Assembly: GCA_963708295.1 (NCBI GenBank)
Contig: CAVPSJ010000017.1
Span: 480,001 to 544,000, forward strand
From: an uncultured delta proteobacterium
GTDB lineage: Bacteria > Desulfobacterota > BSN033 > UBA1163
DNA: 64,000 nt
Direction: 5' to 3'
Of the stretch, positions 10,735 through 21,527 are shown one piece after another. Under the pieces are notes generated by a model. That model had not been told where the DNA came from, searched no databases, and was given only the letters and a program-made list of their open reading frames with translations. Each line of letters opens with the position of its first letter. Within the stretch, counting starts at the first letter, position 1. A program made the translations under genes and the position numbers.

Positions 10735-12869
10735 TCAAGCTTTCCCGTAAAACGTCCGCCCGGAATCAACCATCTCCTTGATCAGTGGAGCGGGTTTAAA
10801 TCGGACTCCGTGCTCCTGTTCCATTTTCAAGAGATGAACATAGACATTGTGTATTCCCCAGGCATCGGCGTAGCGAAGAATGCCTCCCCGGTAGGGAGGA
10901 AACCCGGTTCCATAAATCATCGCCAAGTCCATGTCTTGTGGCCGATCGCAAATTCCCTCCTGGATCATATAAGCAGCTTCGTTGATGGCCCGGGCAAGCA
11001 TTCGATCCACGATCTCTTTGTAAGAGGACTTTTTGGGCTGGATCTTTTTCTCCTTCAAATATTTCTTGATCGCTTCATGGACTTTGGGATTGGGGACGGG
11101 TTTCTCTCCACTGTAATCGTACCAACCTGCTCCCGTCTTACGACCATAACATCCGGTCTGGTAAACGAGTTCGTAAATCGGCGAGGTCTTCCAGCGTTCC
11201 CCAAGAGATCTTTCAAAGTTTCTTATCACATGGTAGTTGATATCGATACCCGTCAGGTCGCCCAGAGTGGCCGGTCCCATGGGCAATCCAAAATCGACGA
11301 TCGCTTCTTCAATCAAAGCCACCCCCACTCCTTCGCCTATCAAGAAAGTGGACTCGCCCAAAAGACCCCCGAGTTGTCTCGACACGTAGAAACCAGGACC
11401 ATCGTTCACCACAATAGGCACCTTCCGTATCGCTCTCGCGAAGGCGACACTGGTGGCCAATGAACCATCGGACGTCTTCTTTCCGCAGATGATCTCCAGT
11501 AGTTGCATCCGCTCCGCAGGGTTGAAGAAGTGGAGTCCAATCATCCTGCCGGGATCTTTCAGGACAGAGGCCATTTCTGTAATGGGAAGGGCTGATGTAT
11601 TCGAGGCGAAGATAACCTCGGGCCGACAGATCTCCTCAAGATTCTTCCAAATCCCCTGCTTGATCTTCATATCCTCCAGGACCGCTTCGATGATGAGGTC
11701 AGCGCGCTTCAGGTCCTCAAGGGCGGTTGTGGTGGTGAGGTGATCACGGATCTTGCGGTCAAGGTCTTCCTGGGTCATCTTTCCTATTTTTATAGGATAG
11801 GCAAATGTCTTTCGGATGGCTGAGAGACCCTTCTGGATGGCTTCGTCATTAATATCCCAGAGAAGGGTCTCGAATCCATTGCTGAGCAGGAGGTTTGTGA
11901 TGCCGGAACCCATGGCTCCTCCCCCGAGCATGGCCACGGTCTTGATCTTTTGTGGATCCACTCCTTTGATCCTGGGGAGCTTGCCCGCAGCCCTGGTGTT
12001 GAGAAAAATTCCGATGAGGTTCTTGGCCACATCCGATACGGCACAATCACTGAAGAGCTCAGCCTCAATCTTTAGGTCGGCTTCGAAATTGTCAGACAAC
12101 CCACGCTCCATGGCCTCAATGGCTTTGAAAGGTGCAATATAGCCTTTGCCTTTTTTCTCTGCCTCTCCCCTGGCGTACGAGATAATCATTTTTTTCGTGA
12201 GGAAGTTTGGAAGAGCGATCCTTGCGCAGGTGAGTCATTCGATCCTCGGTGATTCAATTCTCCGGACATGAAGCGTTGTGCGACTTTCAAGGCCTTCTCT
12301 AACAAGACCTCTCGTGGCGCCACCTCATCGATGCATCCCTTCTTCATTCCTTCATCCGAAGAGATGGACTGGCCTGTTCCAATCATCTGGAGAGCATCCG
12401 GGAGCCCGACCAGCCGGGGAAGCCTCTGGGTTCCACCTGCCCCCGGAATTAAACCGATCTGAACCTCCGGTTGTCCCACCTGTATGCCCTGTGCTGCAAT
12501 TCGGTAGTGGCAAGCCATGGCGATTTCCATTCCCCCTCCAAGGCAGTTCCCATTCAGGGCAGCAATCACAGGCTTGGGGCCTTGCTCTATGGAATTGAGG
12601 AAGCGGTTGTTCTCCATGACCAGCGGGAGAAGAGAATCTCTGTCTGTCACCTTCTGAATCTCGGTGATGTCCGCACCTGCGATGAAGTTCTTCTCAGTCC
12701 CGGTGAGAATCACAGCCTTCACTTCATTGTCTCTGAAGGCGGCGGACAGGGCGTCTTTCATTTCCTCCTCAAATGGCTTAGAAAGTTGGTTGACGGGAGG
12801 ATTGTTTAAGGTCAGGATCGCTGCTCCTTGACTCAGCTCAACTTTAATCGTTTTGTAGTTGGATCTCAT
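10735..12869 (-). CDS. FadB-like enoyl-CoA hydratase / 3-hydroxyacyl-CoA dehydrogenase, frameshifted around 12190-12260
   Basis: Crotonase domain (FIAGADI, GGGMEIAMAC, QPEVQIG) in 12186-12869; HAD domain (GGGAMGSG, SNTS, GLHFFNP) in 10735-12189. Confidence 0.88.
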
Positions 12870-12895
12870 ATGTTCCCCCGTTCTGAGGTTCTTGT

Positions 12896-12943
12896 CCCCT
12901 CACCCCTCCCTCTCCCCGCTGGGGAGAGGGAGGGGGTGAGGGG
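12896..12943. repeat. REP-like hairpin CCCCTCACCC..CTCTCCCC-GCT-GGGGAGAG..GGGTGAGGGG
   Basis: Near-perfect palindrome; family members at 15917-16012, 25321-25368 and 58011-58050. Confidence 0.8.
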
Positions 12944-12976
12944 AAAGTTCAAATATCTTGGTTAGAGCTTAGAGTT

Positions 12977-14188
12977 CTATGTTTCTCTTTCAATGAGGGT
13001 GGCCACCCCCTGTCCACCGCCGACGCAAGCGTTGGCAAGACCGTAGCGTCCACCCTTGACTTTCAAGATCCGGGCCAGGGTTCCTACGAGACGGACTCCC
13101 GTGGCTCCCAAGGCATGGCCGATGGCCGTACCTCCTCCCATCACATTCACTCGATCCGGATCGATACCCAACTCCTTGATGCAGTTCAAAGCTACGATGG
13201 CGAAGGCCTCGTTGATCTCCCAGTAATCGATGTCTTTCACCTGCAAACCCGCCTTCTCTAAGGCCATACGGCTTGCGGGGACAGGACCCACGCCCATGAG
13301 GGTGGGGTCCACTCCTGCGAATCCCATGGACCGGAGGGTCGCCATGGGGCGGATTCCCTTTTTCTTGGCGGTTTCCTTGGACATCAGGATCAACGAGGCT
13401 GCCGCGGCATTGAGCGGGGAAGAGTTCCCCGCCGTGATCACCCCATCCGGTTTGAAGGCTGGCTTAAGATCCTTCATCCCTTCCAGTGTTGCGTCATCCC
13501 GAACGGCTTGGTCTCGATCCACGACCAAACCCTTCCCATCGGCTTGCTCGGCTTCGATAGGGAAGATTTCTTCTTTGAAAAACCCTTCTTTGTAAGCTTT
13601 GGAGGCCAGTTGGTGGGAGTGAGTTCCCCAGCGATCCATATCTTCCTTGGAAAATCCCCGCAGCGTAAAAAGCTTTTCCGCAGTGAGCCCCATATTTGTA
13701 CTCGTCATCATGTCCCAGTGCTTGTAAATCGGTTCTGTAAAAAAACGCTTGTTCAATGAGATATGTCCCTTTTCGGCCATTGCGCCCATGGGGACTCGGG
13801 TCATATGCTCCATCCCCCCGACCATCACGATGTCTGCAAAACCGGACGCAATCTCCAGAAAGCCGAAGTGGATACAGGCCATCCCGGACCCACACTGTTG
13901 ATCAACAAATTTTGCCGGGATCTTTACTGGCAGGTTAGCCAGGAAGATCGGGAATCGACCTCCATAACTCCATTGCTCGGTGACGCCATAAGCAGACCCC
14001 ACAATAAAATCATCGATCTCCTCCGCCCGAATCCCGGTCCGTTTGATCACCTCCGGAAGGAGCTTGGCCAGAAGTTCATCCGCCCTGAGCTTGTGGAACC
14101 AGTCTCGAGCCGGGTCATTGGGCCTGGACCTGGATTGGGCAGTTCTCAAATATCCGGCAATGACTACTTCCCTCATTGTTTTTTCCAT
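12977..14188 (-). CDS. acetyl-CoA C-acyltransferase (thiolase)
   Basis: QQCGSG, NEAFA, GHALGATG, CVGGGQG. Confidence 0.93.
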   Translation of the reverse strand: MEKTMREVVIAGYLRTAQSRSRPNDPARDWFHKLRADELLAKLLPEVIKRTGIRAEEIDDFIVGSAYGVTEQWSYGGRFPIFLANLPVKIPAKFVDQQCGSGMACIHFGFLEIASGFADIVMVGGMEHMTRVPMGAMAEKGHISLNKRFFTEPIYKHWDMMTSTNMGLTAEKLFTLRGFSKEDMDRWGTHSHQLASKAYKEGFFKEEIFPIEAEQADGKGLVVDRDQAVRDDATLEGMKDLKPAFKPDGVITAGNSSPLNAAAASLILMSKETAKKKGIRPMATLRSMGFAGVDPTLMGVGPVPASRMALEKAGLQVKDIDYWEINEAFAIVALNCIKELGIDPDRVNVMGGGTAIGHALGATGVRLVGTLARILKVKGGRYGLANACVGGGQGVATLIERET

Positions 14189-14273
14189 CCTTCTCTTTCT
14201 CCTGTTCTTTGTTTTTTTTTCAAAGAGGGCGACAAGCGATCAGCCGTAACCCATGAGGCCCGAGCTCATTTTT

Positions 14274-15728
14274 CTAAGAGTTGATATCCAGAAGCCCCTT
14301 CACCCGGCTGATTTTGCTTTCAATCTCTCCTTGACGTCCAATCATGATACGCTGGGCCATCGGCGAACCGGCTCCATGAACAGACTCAATCAGATAAGCA
14401 ACGGCACCTGCACCCGCAACGATGTTTTCAATCAAACGTAAAACCTTCATCCGATCCACCACATCCACGCCTTTGGCTGCCGCTAAGTATTTTTTGATAT
14501 AGGGCCCTGCGACCGGGTCGTCCAGGTCTTTGGCTGAAGGCATGGTTCCAATCAACCCGCCGGCAATATCCGTGGCCAAACGAGCCATCTCAAAAGGAAA
14601 ACGGGTCACATTCAGCTTGCAGACATTGGCCAAGAGCATATCCACTTCATAATTTCCAGCTTTCGTCGGGTGTCCCAAGGCCGAGCAAGCAATGCCGCAA
14701 GCGAACATTGTTTCGTTGAGGTGAATCATCTCGACGATTTTGTCCCGGATGTGGGAAGCACCTTCCACTCCGTTCATCCGGGCGATCAGGGCCGTGGCCC
14801 CGATGAGAACGTCGCCGACTCCAACCTTGCATCCCCCATAACTCTGGCGGTGGTAGGCTGCAAAGCGTTCGACCAGTCGACCCGACAGGTCGACTTCTCC
14901 ATTGAGAAAGATGCGTTCCTCCGGGATAAACACATCTTCAAAAACGGTCATCACCTCCTGGCCGCCAAAAGCAGGATTGCCGATATCCAGCCGGCTGGGT
15001 TCCTCCAGCTTTCGCGTGTCACTCGCTTGTCGTCCGTAGATATGCTTAATGCCCCTTGTATTGGTTGGAACGGCAAAACAGATAGCCCAATCCTCCTCCT
15101 TCGGAATCAAGTTTGTCGTGGGCATGACGATGATTTCATGGGAGTTGATCATTCCCGTTTGATGTAGTTTGGCACCACGGACCACCACGCCACTGCGTTT
15201 CCTTTCCACAACTCGCAGGAAAAGATCCGGGTCTGACTGGTCCTTGGGTCGCTTCCCCCGGTCACCCTTTGGATCGGTCATGGCTCCATCGACCACTAAA
15301 TCATCGAGCTGGATCCGCGTCCAATATTCTCGAAAACGTTTATGGTAATTCGTGCCATGTTCCTGATCGCATTCGTAGGTAACACTGAAGACCGCATTGG
15401 CTGCATCCAAACCCACACATCGTTGGAAACAACATGCCGTGATGTTTCCACAGGTCCTCTGCATCATCACTTTTTTTACCAGGTCTTGGGGGCTCTGGTG
15501 CAAATGGGTAAAACGATTGATCTCTTCGCCAGATAACGAAGACCTCACCCGGAAGAGGTCTCGAGTCTCTTTGCTATAGGCACAGTCGAACGTCGACGCC
15601 ACAGCACGAACCGAGGGTGTCACCAATGGGTGATCGGGCAAGTCTCGCGTTTTCTCACCCATGATATTCGCCTCCAGCCCAAGAGACTTGAGGGAAGCGA
15701 TGTATTCGTCTCCTTTTTTGAGTGCCAT
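14274..15728 (-). CDS. abfD: 4-hydroxybutyryl-CoA dehydratase / vinylacetyl-CoA isomerase family protein (AbfD-like)
   Basis: CFQRCVGLD, AMTDPKGDR and HRQSYGGCK Fe-S ligand motifs; HGAGSP; start at MALKKG after an RBS. Confidence 0.85.
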   Translation of the reverse strand: MALKKGDEYIASLKSLGLEANIMGEKTRDLPDHPLVTPSVRAVASTFDCAYSKETRDLFRVRSSLSGEEINRFTHLHQSPQDLVKKVMMQRTCGNITACCFQRCVGLDAANAVFSVTYECDQEHGTNYHKRFREYWTRIQLDDLVVDGAMTDPKGDRGKRPKDQSDPDLFLRVVERKRSGVVVRGAKLHQTGMINSHEIIVMPTTNLIPKEEDWAICFAVPTNTRGIKHIYGRQASDTRKLEEPSRLDIGNPAFGGQEVMTVFEDVFIPEERIFLNGEVDLSGRLVERFAAYHRQSYGGCKVGVGDVLIGATALIARMNGVEGASHIRDKIVEMIHLNETMFACGIACSALGHPTKAGNYEVDMLLANVCKLNVTRFPFEMARLATDIAGGLIGTMPSAKDLDDPVAGPYIKKYLAAAKGVDVVDRMKVLRLIENIVAGAGAVAYLIESVHGAGSPMAQRIMIGRQGEIESKISRVKGLLDINS

Positions 15729-15916
15729 TTCTGATTCCTCTCCGTTTTCTATCTTATCGCTACGACCGAACAAATGCCCGGCGCGACGTATAATCACTTA
15801 AGGAGCTGCGGCAGCAGACAAACAGTTTCAAAATTCAAATACCCGGGTGTCTACCCCAGTCGTTTTGGTCTGTTTCAAATTTAGAATTTTGGTCCTTCGG
15901 ATTACCTGAAAAATAC

Positions 15917-16012
15917 CTTCCTCTCCCCCGGTGGGAGAGGATTGAGGTGAGGGGGGAATAGTTCCAGCGACTCACCCTCACCCTCCCCCTCTCCCATCAA
16001 GGGAGAGGGGAG
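15917..16012. repeat. REP doublet of CCCTCACCC/CTCTCCC hairpins
   Basis: Two inverted copies of the 12896 family. Confidence 0.7.
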
Positions 16013-16092
16013 TGAAATCAAATTTAATGATTCTTAGCTGACGAACCCGTCATGTAATATTTATTTCGAACTTGGGATGTCCAAATTATTCT

Positions 16093-17877
16093 TCAAAATG
16101 GATATCTCCCTATTTTAATCACAGAGTCTGCGATCTCCCGTCTCAAGGCGATTGTGTTCACAGGTTCAAAACGGGTCAGTTTCTTGAGCGCAGAGAATTG
16201 TGTCCTGAGGGTGTCACCCTCGGCAATGGCAGCGAAGGCCTGTTTCGCAAGATCTTGCACACGCCCAAAGCCATCATTGACGTGAACCTTGACCATGGCT
16301 TTCTGAATCCCAGACTTTTCGTCGCCAGACTTCTCGAGGGTCTTCATCGCTCTAAGGAGGCCGCTTTCCATGGCGAAGACCTCAATGACAATATTACTGA
16401 TCAACGCCACGATGTCCTCTTGCTCTGGGTCTCCCAACTTCATCATATACTTCTGAACGGCAGCCCCAGCGACCAAAAGGCCGATCTTCTTTGACATCTC
16501 CACCATCTCCGCCTGCAGGGTGAGTTTCCCGTCATCCATCTCTACTTTGGGCCGAAGGGTGAGAAGCTCGCTGGCCACTTTCTGGGCTGCCGCGAGCACA
16601 GGGAGACGATTCTTCATTGCCCTTCTCGTCAACATGTCCACGATCAGCAGACGATTGATCTCGTTCGTCCCTTCCCAGATCCGGTTAATCCGCTCGTCCC
16701 TGTAACCCCGCTCAACCGGATAGTCATGAATGTACCCGTAGCCTCCGTGGATCTGAACGGCTTCATCGACCACATAGCCCGCCATCTCCGAGCAGTAGAC
16801 CTTGTTGATCGAGTCTTCTATATTGTACTCCTCAATTCCCCTTGCCATCTGGATCCCAACATCTTCAGCGTGGCGGTCGATGCGTCGGAGGATCCGGTCC
16901 GTCAGACCGCCTGTTCGGTAAACCATGCTCTCCGAAATGAACGTCCGGATCGCCATCTCCGCAATCTTGTATTTGATCAGGCCGAACTCGGCAATGGGCC
17001 TTCCGAACTGGACCCTCTTCTTGGCATAAGTGACTGCCTCTTGCAGGGCACTCTTTGCCCCTCCCAGACAGCCCGCGCCCAAGCTGAAACGGGCAATATT
17101 CAGGACATTCAACGCGACGATGTGGCCCCTTCCAACCTCTCCAAGAACATTCTCCACAGGCACCTTGACATCGGAGTAGATCACGCCTCGAGTGGAGGAG
17201 CCCTTCACCCCCATCTTATTCTCTTCCTCATCCAGAGACACGCCTTCGAAATTTCGCTCGACGATGAAAGAGGTGAATTTGTCCCCATCCACTTTGGCAT
17301 AGGTGACGAAGGTACCTGCAAACCCGGCATTGGTGATGAATTGTTTCTGACCGTTTAAAATATAGTATTTTCTGTCCGGACTGAGGATGGCCGTGGTCTT
17401 TGAGTTCAGGGCATCCGAGCCAGCTTCGGGTTCTGTCAGGGCGTAGGCCCCGAGGATCTCTCCTGTGGCCATCTTGGGCAGATAACGTTTCTTCTGGTCT
17501 TGGGTGCCAAAGAAGACAATGGGAAGCGAACCAATCCCGGTATGAGCCCCGAAGGAGGACATGAAGGAACCTCCTCCCTGGGCCATCTTCTCCCAGACAA
17601 GGAGGGAACTCACCTTATCCAAATCCTGTCCCCCATACTCTTCTGGAATGTCCGCGGAAAGGAACCCGAGCTCCCCGGCTTTCCTGAGAAGGCTTGGCAG
17701 GAGCCCTTCCTTCTTCTCTTCAATATCGTCGGCCACGGGCTGAATTTCACCCACCACAAATTCGGTCACGGCCTTCGCGACCAACCGCTGTTCTTCGTTA
17801 AAGTCCTCGGGCGTAAAAATTGCCTGAGGGGAAATCGATTCAACCAGAAACGCTCCGCCCTTGACAAACTCCTCCAT
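16093..17877 (-). CDS. acyl-CoA dehydrogenase (long FadE type)
   Basis: YALTEPEAGSDA, KMGVKGSST, QIHGGYGY, RINRIWEGTNEINR. Confidence 0.93.
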   Translation of the reverse strand: MEEFVKGGAFLVESISPQAIFTPEDFNEEQRLVAKAVTEFVVGEIQPVADDIEEKKEGLLPSLLRKAGELGFLSADIPEEYGGQDLDKVSSLLVWEKMAQGGGSFMSSFGAHTGIGSLPIVFFGTQDQKKRYLPKMATGEILGAYALTEPEAGSDALNSKTTAILSPDRKYYILNGQKQFITNAGFAGTFVTYAKVDGDKFTSFIVERNFEGVSLDEEENKMGVKGSSTRGVIYSDVKVPVENVLGEVGRGHIVALNVLNIARFSLGAGCLGGAKSALQEAVTYAKKRVQFGRPIAEFGLIKYKIAEMAIRTFISESMVYRTGGLTDRILRRIDRHAEDVGIQMARGIEEYNIEDSINKVYCSEMAGYVVDEAVQIHGGYGYIHDYPVERGYRDERINRIWEGTNEINRLLIVDMLTRRAMKNRLPVLAAAQKVASELLTLRPKVEMDDGKLTLQAEMVEMSKKIGLLVAGAAVQKYMMKLGDPEQEDIVALISNIVIEVFAMESGLLRAMKTLEKSGDEKSGIQKAMVKVHVNDGFGRVQDLAKQAFAAIAEGDTLRTQFSALKKLTRFEPVNTIALRREIADSVIKIGRYPF

Positions 17878-17899
17878 AGCGATCTCCTTTCAAAAGGAT

Positions 17900-18003
17900 C
17901 ATTGAAAATTGAAAAATTAGCATTGCAAAATTAGCATTTAAAATCTCTCTGTTGTTTAATCTCCAATGCTAATTGCTAAATTTGCAATTTTCATTTCGCA
18001 ATG
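17900..18003. repeat. palindromic array of ~7-nt AT-rich repeats
   Basis: CATTGAAAATTGAAAAATTAGCATTGCAAAATTAGC mirrored by GCTAATTGCTAAATTTGCAATTTTCATTTCGCAATG. Confidence 0.7.
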
Positions 18004-18046
18004 ATGTTTTTCAAGATACCTTACCGAGAACATCAGAGCGGTGCGC

Positions 18047-18655
18047 TTAATTTCTCATCCCCTCGCCCCGAAGGCCATTGAAGGCAAATTGAAATATGAA
18101 ATCTGCCAGGTCACTGACCGACCTCTCTTTTTTTGGGTGGAACCAGATTCTGGTTCGGGTGATCATGGAGGCAATCATAAAGCCGGCTAACTTCACATCC
18201 ACTTCAGGTAAATAACCGGCATCAATGCCTCTCCGAATGACTTTTCGAATAATCCGGTCATAGGTGTCCCGAAGATCTATGATTTTTTTTCTTTTCTCGG
18301 GTGAGAGACTATCGAGGGCAACGTCAAAAAGCAGCTTAGCAGATCTCCTGTAACTCAGCGTCACTTCTAAATGACTTTCAATAATGAACCTCAACTGCTC
18401 AATGGGACTGGTATCCACTTCCTCTTCCATATGCTTAATAGGAGCAATGATCTGTTCCATTTCTTCCCGAAGCACTTCGAAAAGGATTTCTTCTTTGTCG
18501 GCGAAGAAATTATAGATATTGGCTGGCCTACAGCCATAGGAAATGCCTATGTCGCGCATACTTGCGGCTTGATAGCCTTTTTCCCAGAAAAGCTTTCGCG
18601 CTGTTTCCAGCATCTTCGCTTTTTGAAGACCGGGTTTAACTTTCCCTCTTATCAT
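18047..18655 (-). CDS. TetR/AcrR family transcriptional regulator
   Basis: ARKLFWEKGYQAASMRDI...IYNFFADKEEIL helix-turn-helix. Confidence 0.92.
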   Translation of the reverse strand: MIRGKVKPGLQKAKMLETARKLFWEKGYQAASMRDIGISYGCRPANIYNFFADKEEILFEVLREEMEQIIAPIKHMEEEVDTSPIEQLRFIIESHLEVTLSYRRSAKLLFDVALDSLSPEKRKKIIDLRDTYDRIIRKVIRRGIDAGYLPEVDVKLAGFMIASMITRTRIWFHPKKERSVSDLADFIFQFAFNGLRGEGMRN

Positions 18656-18732
18656 CCAGACCGAACCTTTTCTGAGAAATAAGATCCTGCGAAACTGGGG
18701 GACTCTGTCGATAGAGTATCCTGATCCTTTAT

Positions 18733-18779
18733 ATTAATGAACGGCCATTAATCTACTACACCAAATTCAAAGTTGTCAA
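18733..18779 (-). promoter_or_regulatory. sigma70-like promoter of tetR with overlapping palindromic operator
   Basis: Minus strand TTGACA-N18-TAGATT; palindrome ATTAATG-N6-CATTAAT at 18733-18752. Confidence 0.6.
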
Positions 18780-18868
18780 GCAGAAAATTCTAATCCCAAT
18801 TTGCTTCAGAAGGAATATGATTTTGGAATACGATACTTCGCCCTGAACGGGCGCAGCATGTCGAGCAC

Positions 18869-19756
18869 CTACCGATTGTCCTTATTTTCCCAGGGCAGGC
18901 GTTTCCCTTCGGGGGAGTATCTGTAAAATCCCTTTCCGGCTTTCCTGCCCAGCCGACCTTGGCTCACCATGCGTTCCATCAGGTTTGAGTTCGGGGCAAG
19001 GTGGACCGCCCCCAGGGCTTTCATGGTTTGTCCAACCCGGGCACAGGTATCCAAACCGGCGTTATCAGCGATTTCGAAGGGACCGGCATTCCAGCCATAG
19101 CCGAGCCGCATGCCCACATCCACATCTTCCGGCGTGGCGATTCCCTCGTCAACCAAGTCTACGGCTTCACGCAAGGCAGCGGAGAAAATCCGATTCATCA
19201 CAAAGCCAGGGAGATCTCGCTGCACTCGAACCGGGGTTTTCCCCAGGGATTGAACAAAGGCCACGCCCCGCTCGAAGATCTCCGGGGAAGTCTTTTCTCC
19301 TTTGACCACTTCCACCAATCCCATTAGTGGCACAGGCCCAAAGAAATGTAACCCAAGCACCCTCTCCGGTCGACTCGTATTTTCAGCGAGGCGGGTGACG
19401 GGGATGGAAGAGGTATTCGTGGCCAGAGGGGTCTCTGGTCTGGAAATCCTGTCCAGCTCCTGAAAAATTCCACGTTTCAGCTCCTCTGCCTCCAGGGCCG
19501 CTTCGATGACCCAGTCCACCTCGGATGCACTGGATAGATCTTTTTCAAGTGAAATCCGTGCAAGGACGTTCTGGGAGGGTTCCTTGAGAACACCCTTGGC
19601 GGCCAATTTTTCTACGGACCAGCGAATATCTTTGAGCGCCCTGTCCGTGATTGTGCTCTGGATATCCATCAGATGAACCCGGTATCCGGCTTGGGCCGAT
19701 ACCTGTGCAATTCCCGAGCCCATAAATCCTGCGCCCACAATCAAGACCTTCTCCAT
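18869..19756 (-). CDS. 3-hydroxybutyryl-/3-hydroxyacyl-CoA dehydrogenase
   Basis: VGAGFMGSGIAQ, NTSSIP, GLHFFGP, PGFVMNR, GRLGRKAGKGFY. Confidence 0.92.
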   Translation of the reverse strand: MEKVLIVGAGFMGSGIAQVSAQAGYRVHLMDIQSTITDRALKDIRWSVEKLAAKGVLKEPSQNVLARISLEKDLSSASEVDWVIEAALEAEELKRGIFQELDRISRPETPLATNTSSIPVTRLAENTSRPERVLGLHFFGPVPLMGLVEVVKGEKTSPEIFERGVAFVQSLGKTPVRVQRDLPGFVMNRIFSAALREAVDLVDEGIATPEDVDVGMRLGYGWNAGPFEIADNAGLDTCARVGQTMKALGAVHLAPNSNLMERMVSQGRLGRKAGKGFYRYSPEGKRLPWENKDNR

Positions 19757-19817
19757 AAAGTTTATTCCCTCAATCGAGTGAAGTGTCCCCAACATCTCTA
19801 AAAAGTGATCTGAGAAT

Positions 19818-19907
19818 CGTCGTTCCCGTGAAAACAGGAATCCAGGTTGAGGATATTGGATTCCCCCGTATCAAGTACGGGGCAGGCTTATCAAGTCCGG
19901 AATGACA
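19818..19907. repeat. REP-like GTCGTTCCC..GGAATCC/GGATTCC..GGAATGAC element with nested CCCCGTATCAAGTACGGGG hairpin
   Basis: Related to 49879-49967; nested hairpin also at 26647-26671. Confidence 0.65.
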
Positions 19908-19998
19908 CAATTGTGAAGGCATTTTTAAGATACGTTACTGGATTCAAGAATTCTCCGAATGGAGAGATCTTCTATATTTGTTTCTCTCCCACAATGGG

Positions 19999-21478
19999 TC
20001 AAGGTTTCTTTTGTCGTTCCGGAATGCCCGCGAGTTTTTTAACCATCTTCTTGCGTGATTCGATATCGTACTGGGTCGTGATGGCGATGGCCTCCATGAT
20101 GGGCGAGCCACCCCCGTGATAGGATCCAACCATATGAATTCCCCCGCTTGCAGAGCACAGGATGTCGCCAATGTAGCGCCAGAGCTGGGCCGCGTCTTCC
20201 GGGTGGATATCCGGGTTGCGGGTGATGTACTTGTAGAGAAGATCCTTAATTTCAGGGTTCATAAAATCTCCCTCATAGGGGAAGGTGGCCGGAATCCCGC
20301 CGGCGATGTCGCACAGAATCTCGGCCTCCCGGAAGACCGCCTCGCCGGTAAGGTTGCGGCCCACATTGGCGTAGATGGAATGGGGAATGTAACTCCCAGG
20401 GCCATAAGGCATCGGCCCCACCCCGGGGACGTACAACTCGGGTTTCCCCAGTTCGGAAGCCGTGAATCCGGCCGCATAACCGAGCTCCGATACCCGTATG
20501 ATCTCCGCCAATTTATCACGGACGTGCGGGGCCTTCGCAATACCGTTAAATTCTGCCGCCAATGCCACCGCCCCGAGCATTAAATCGCCCAACGCTGGTT
20601 TGCAACCGGAGTAGCTGTGGCGATGGAAGAGGGCGAAGAGCAGGGCACATGCTCCCCCTTGAGTCGCTTCTCCACAAAGGAAGACCCGCTCCCATGGGAT
20701 GAAACAATTGTCGAAGATCGTATAAGAGTCGGTATAGCCGGGAGCAAATCCCCTCTTGAAGTATTGGCGGTCGCGCAGGTTATGGATGGACACCACCTGT
20801 TTTACTCCTTCCCAATCCGCAGGAACGGCAAAGGCCACGGCCCAGTCTTTTTCCTCTCGCAGAAGAGCGCGGGTGGGAACGACCAGGATTTCGTCCGCCA
20901 CAGAAGCTTCGGAGATGTGCACCTTCGACCCCCGCACCACGATCCCGTCACTCTTCCTCTCCACCACATGGACATACAGGTCCGGGTCTTTCTGCTCGCT
21001 GGGCCGCTTCATCCGGTCACCCTTCACGTCCGTCTGCGCACAACAACCGACCAGATCCTCTCTTTGAAATCTCTCCAGCCACTTCACGAAGTTCTTATGG
21101 TATTGAGTGGCCCCGTTGTTTTGCTTGTCGGCCTCGTAAGACACATTATAGATCGCGTTGGTCGCATCGATTCCCATGCACCGCTGGATACATCCACCGG
21201 CCACCTGGCAAAGAGCTCGGGTCATATCCTGCTTCTTGTGTAAGTCCTCCTTACTCTGATGGACGTGACAGAACCGATTGATCTTCTCCCCGGTCAGATG
21301 AGATTTGGCCGTGTAAAGGTCTTCGTTTTTCGGGTCTGCGGCGTAATCGAAAGTCAACCCCATGGTATGAATGGTGGGCATTTGGATCTCATCATCCCGA
21401 GCGATCTTTTCACCGTTCACATAAATGTTGCGGCGCATCTTTACGTAACCCTTCGATGTACTGCTGTTTTGTTCTCAT
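19999..21478 (-). CDS. second AbfD / 4-hydroxyphenylacetate-3-hydroxylase-family protein, frameshift near 21440
   Basis: CIQRCMGID, QTDVKGDR, HRHSYSGCK, HGGGSP; MRTKQQYIEGL N-terminus in an adjacent frame. Confidence 0.82.
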
Positions 21479-21527
21479 CTTTGTTTCCTCCTCTTCTTCT
21501 GGAACTGCTCCAGACCTCCCTCGGCGA

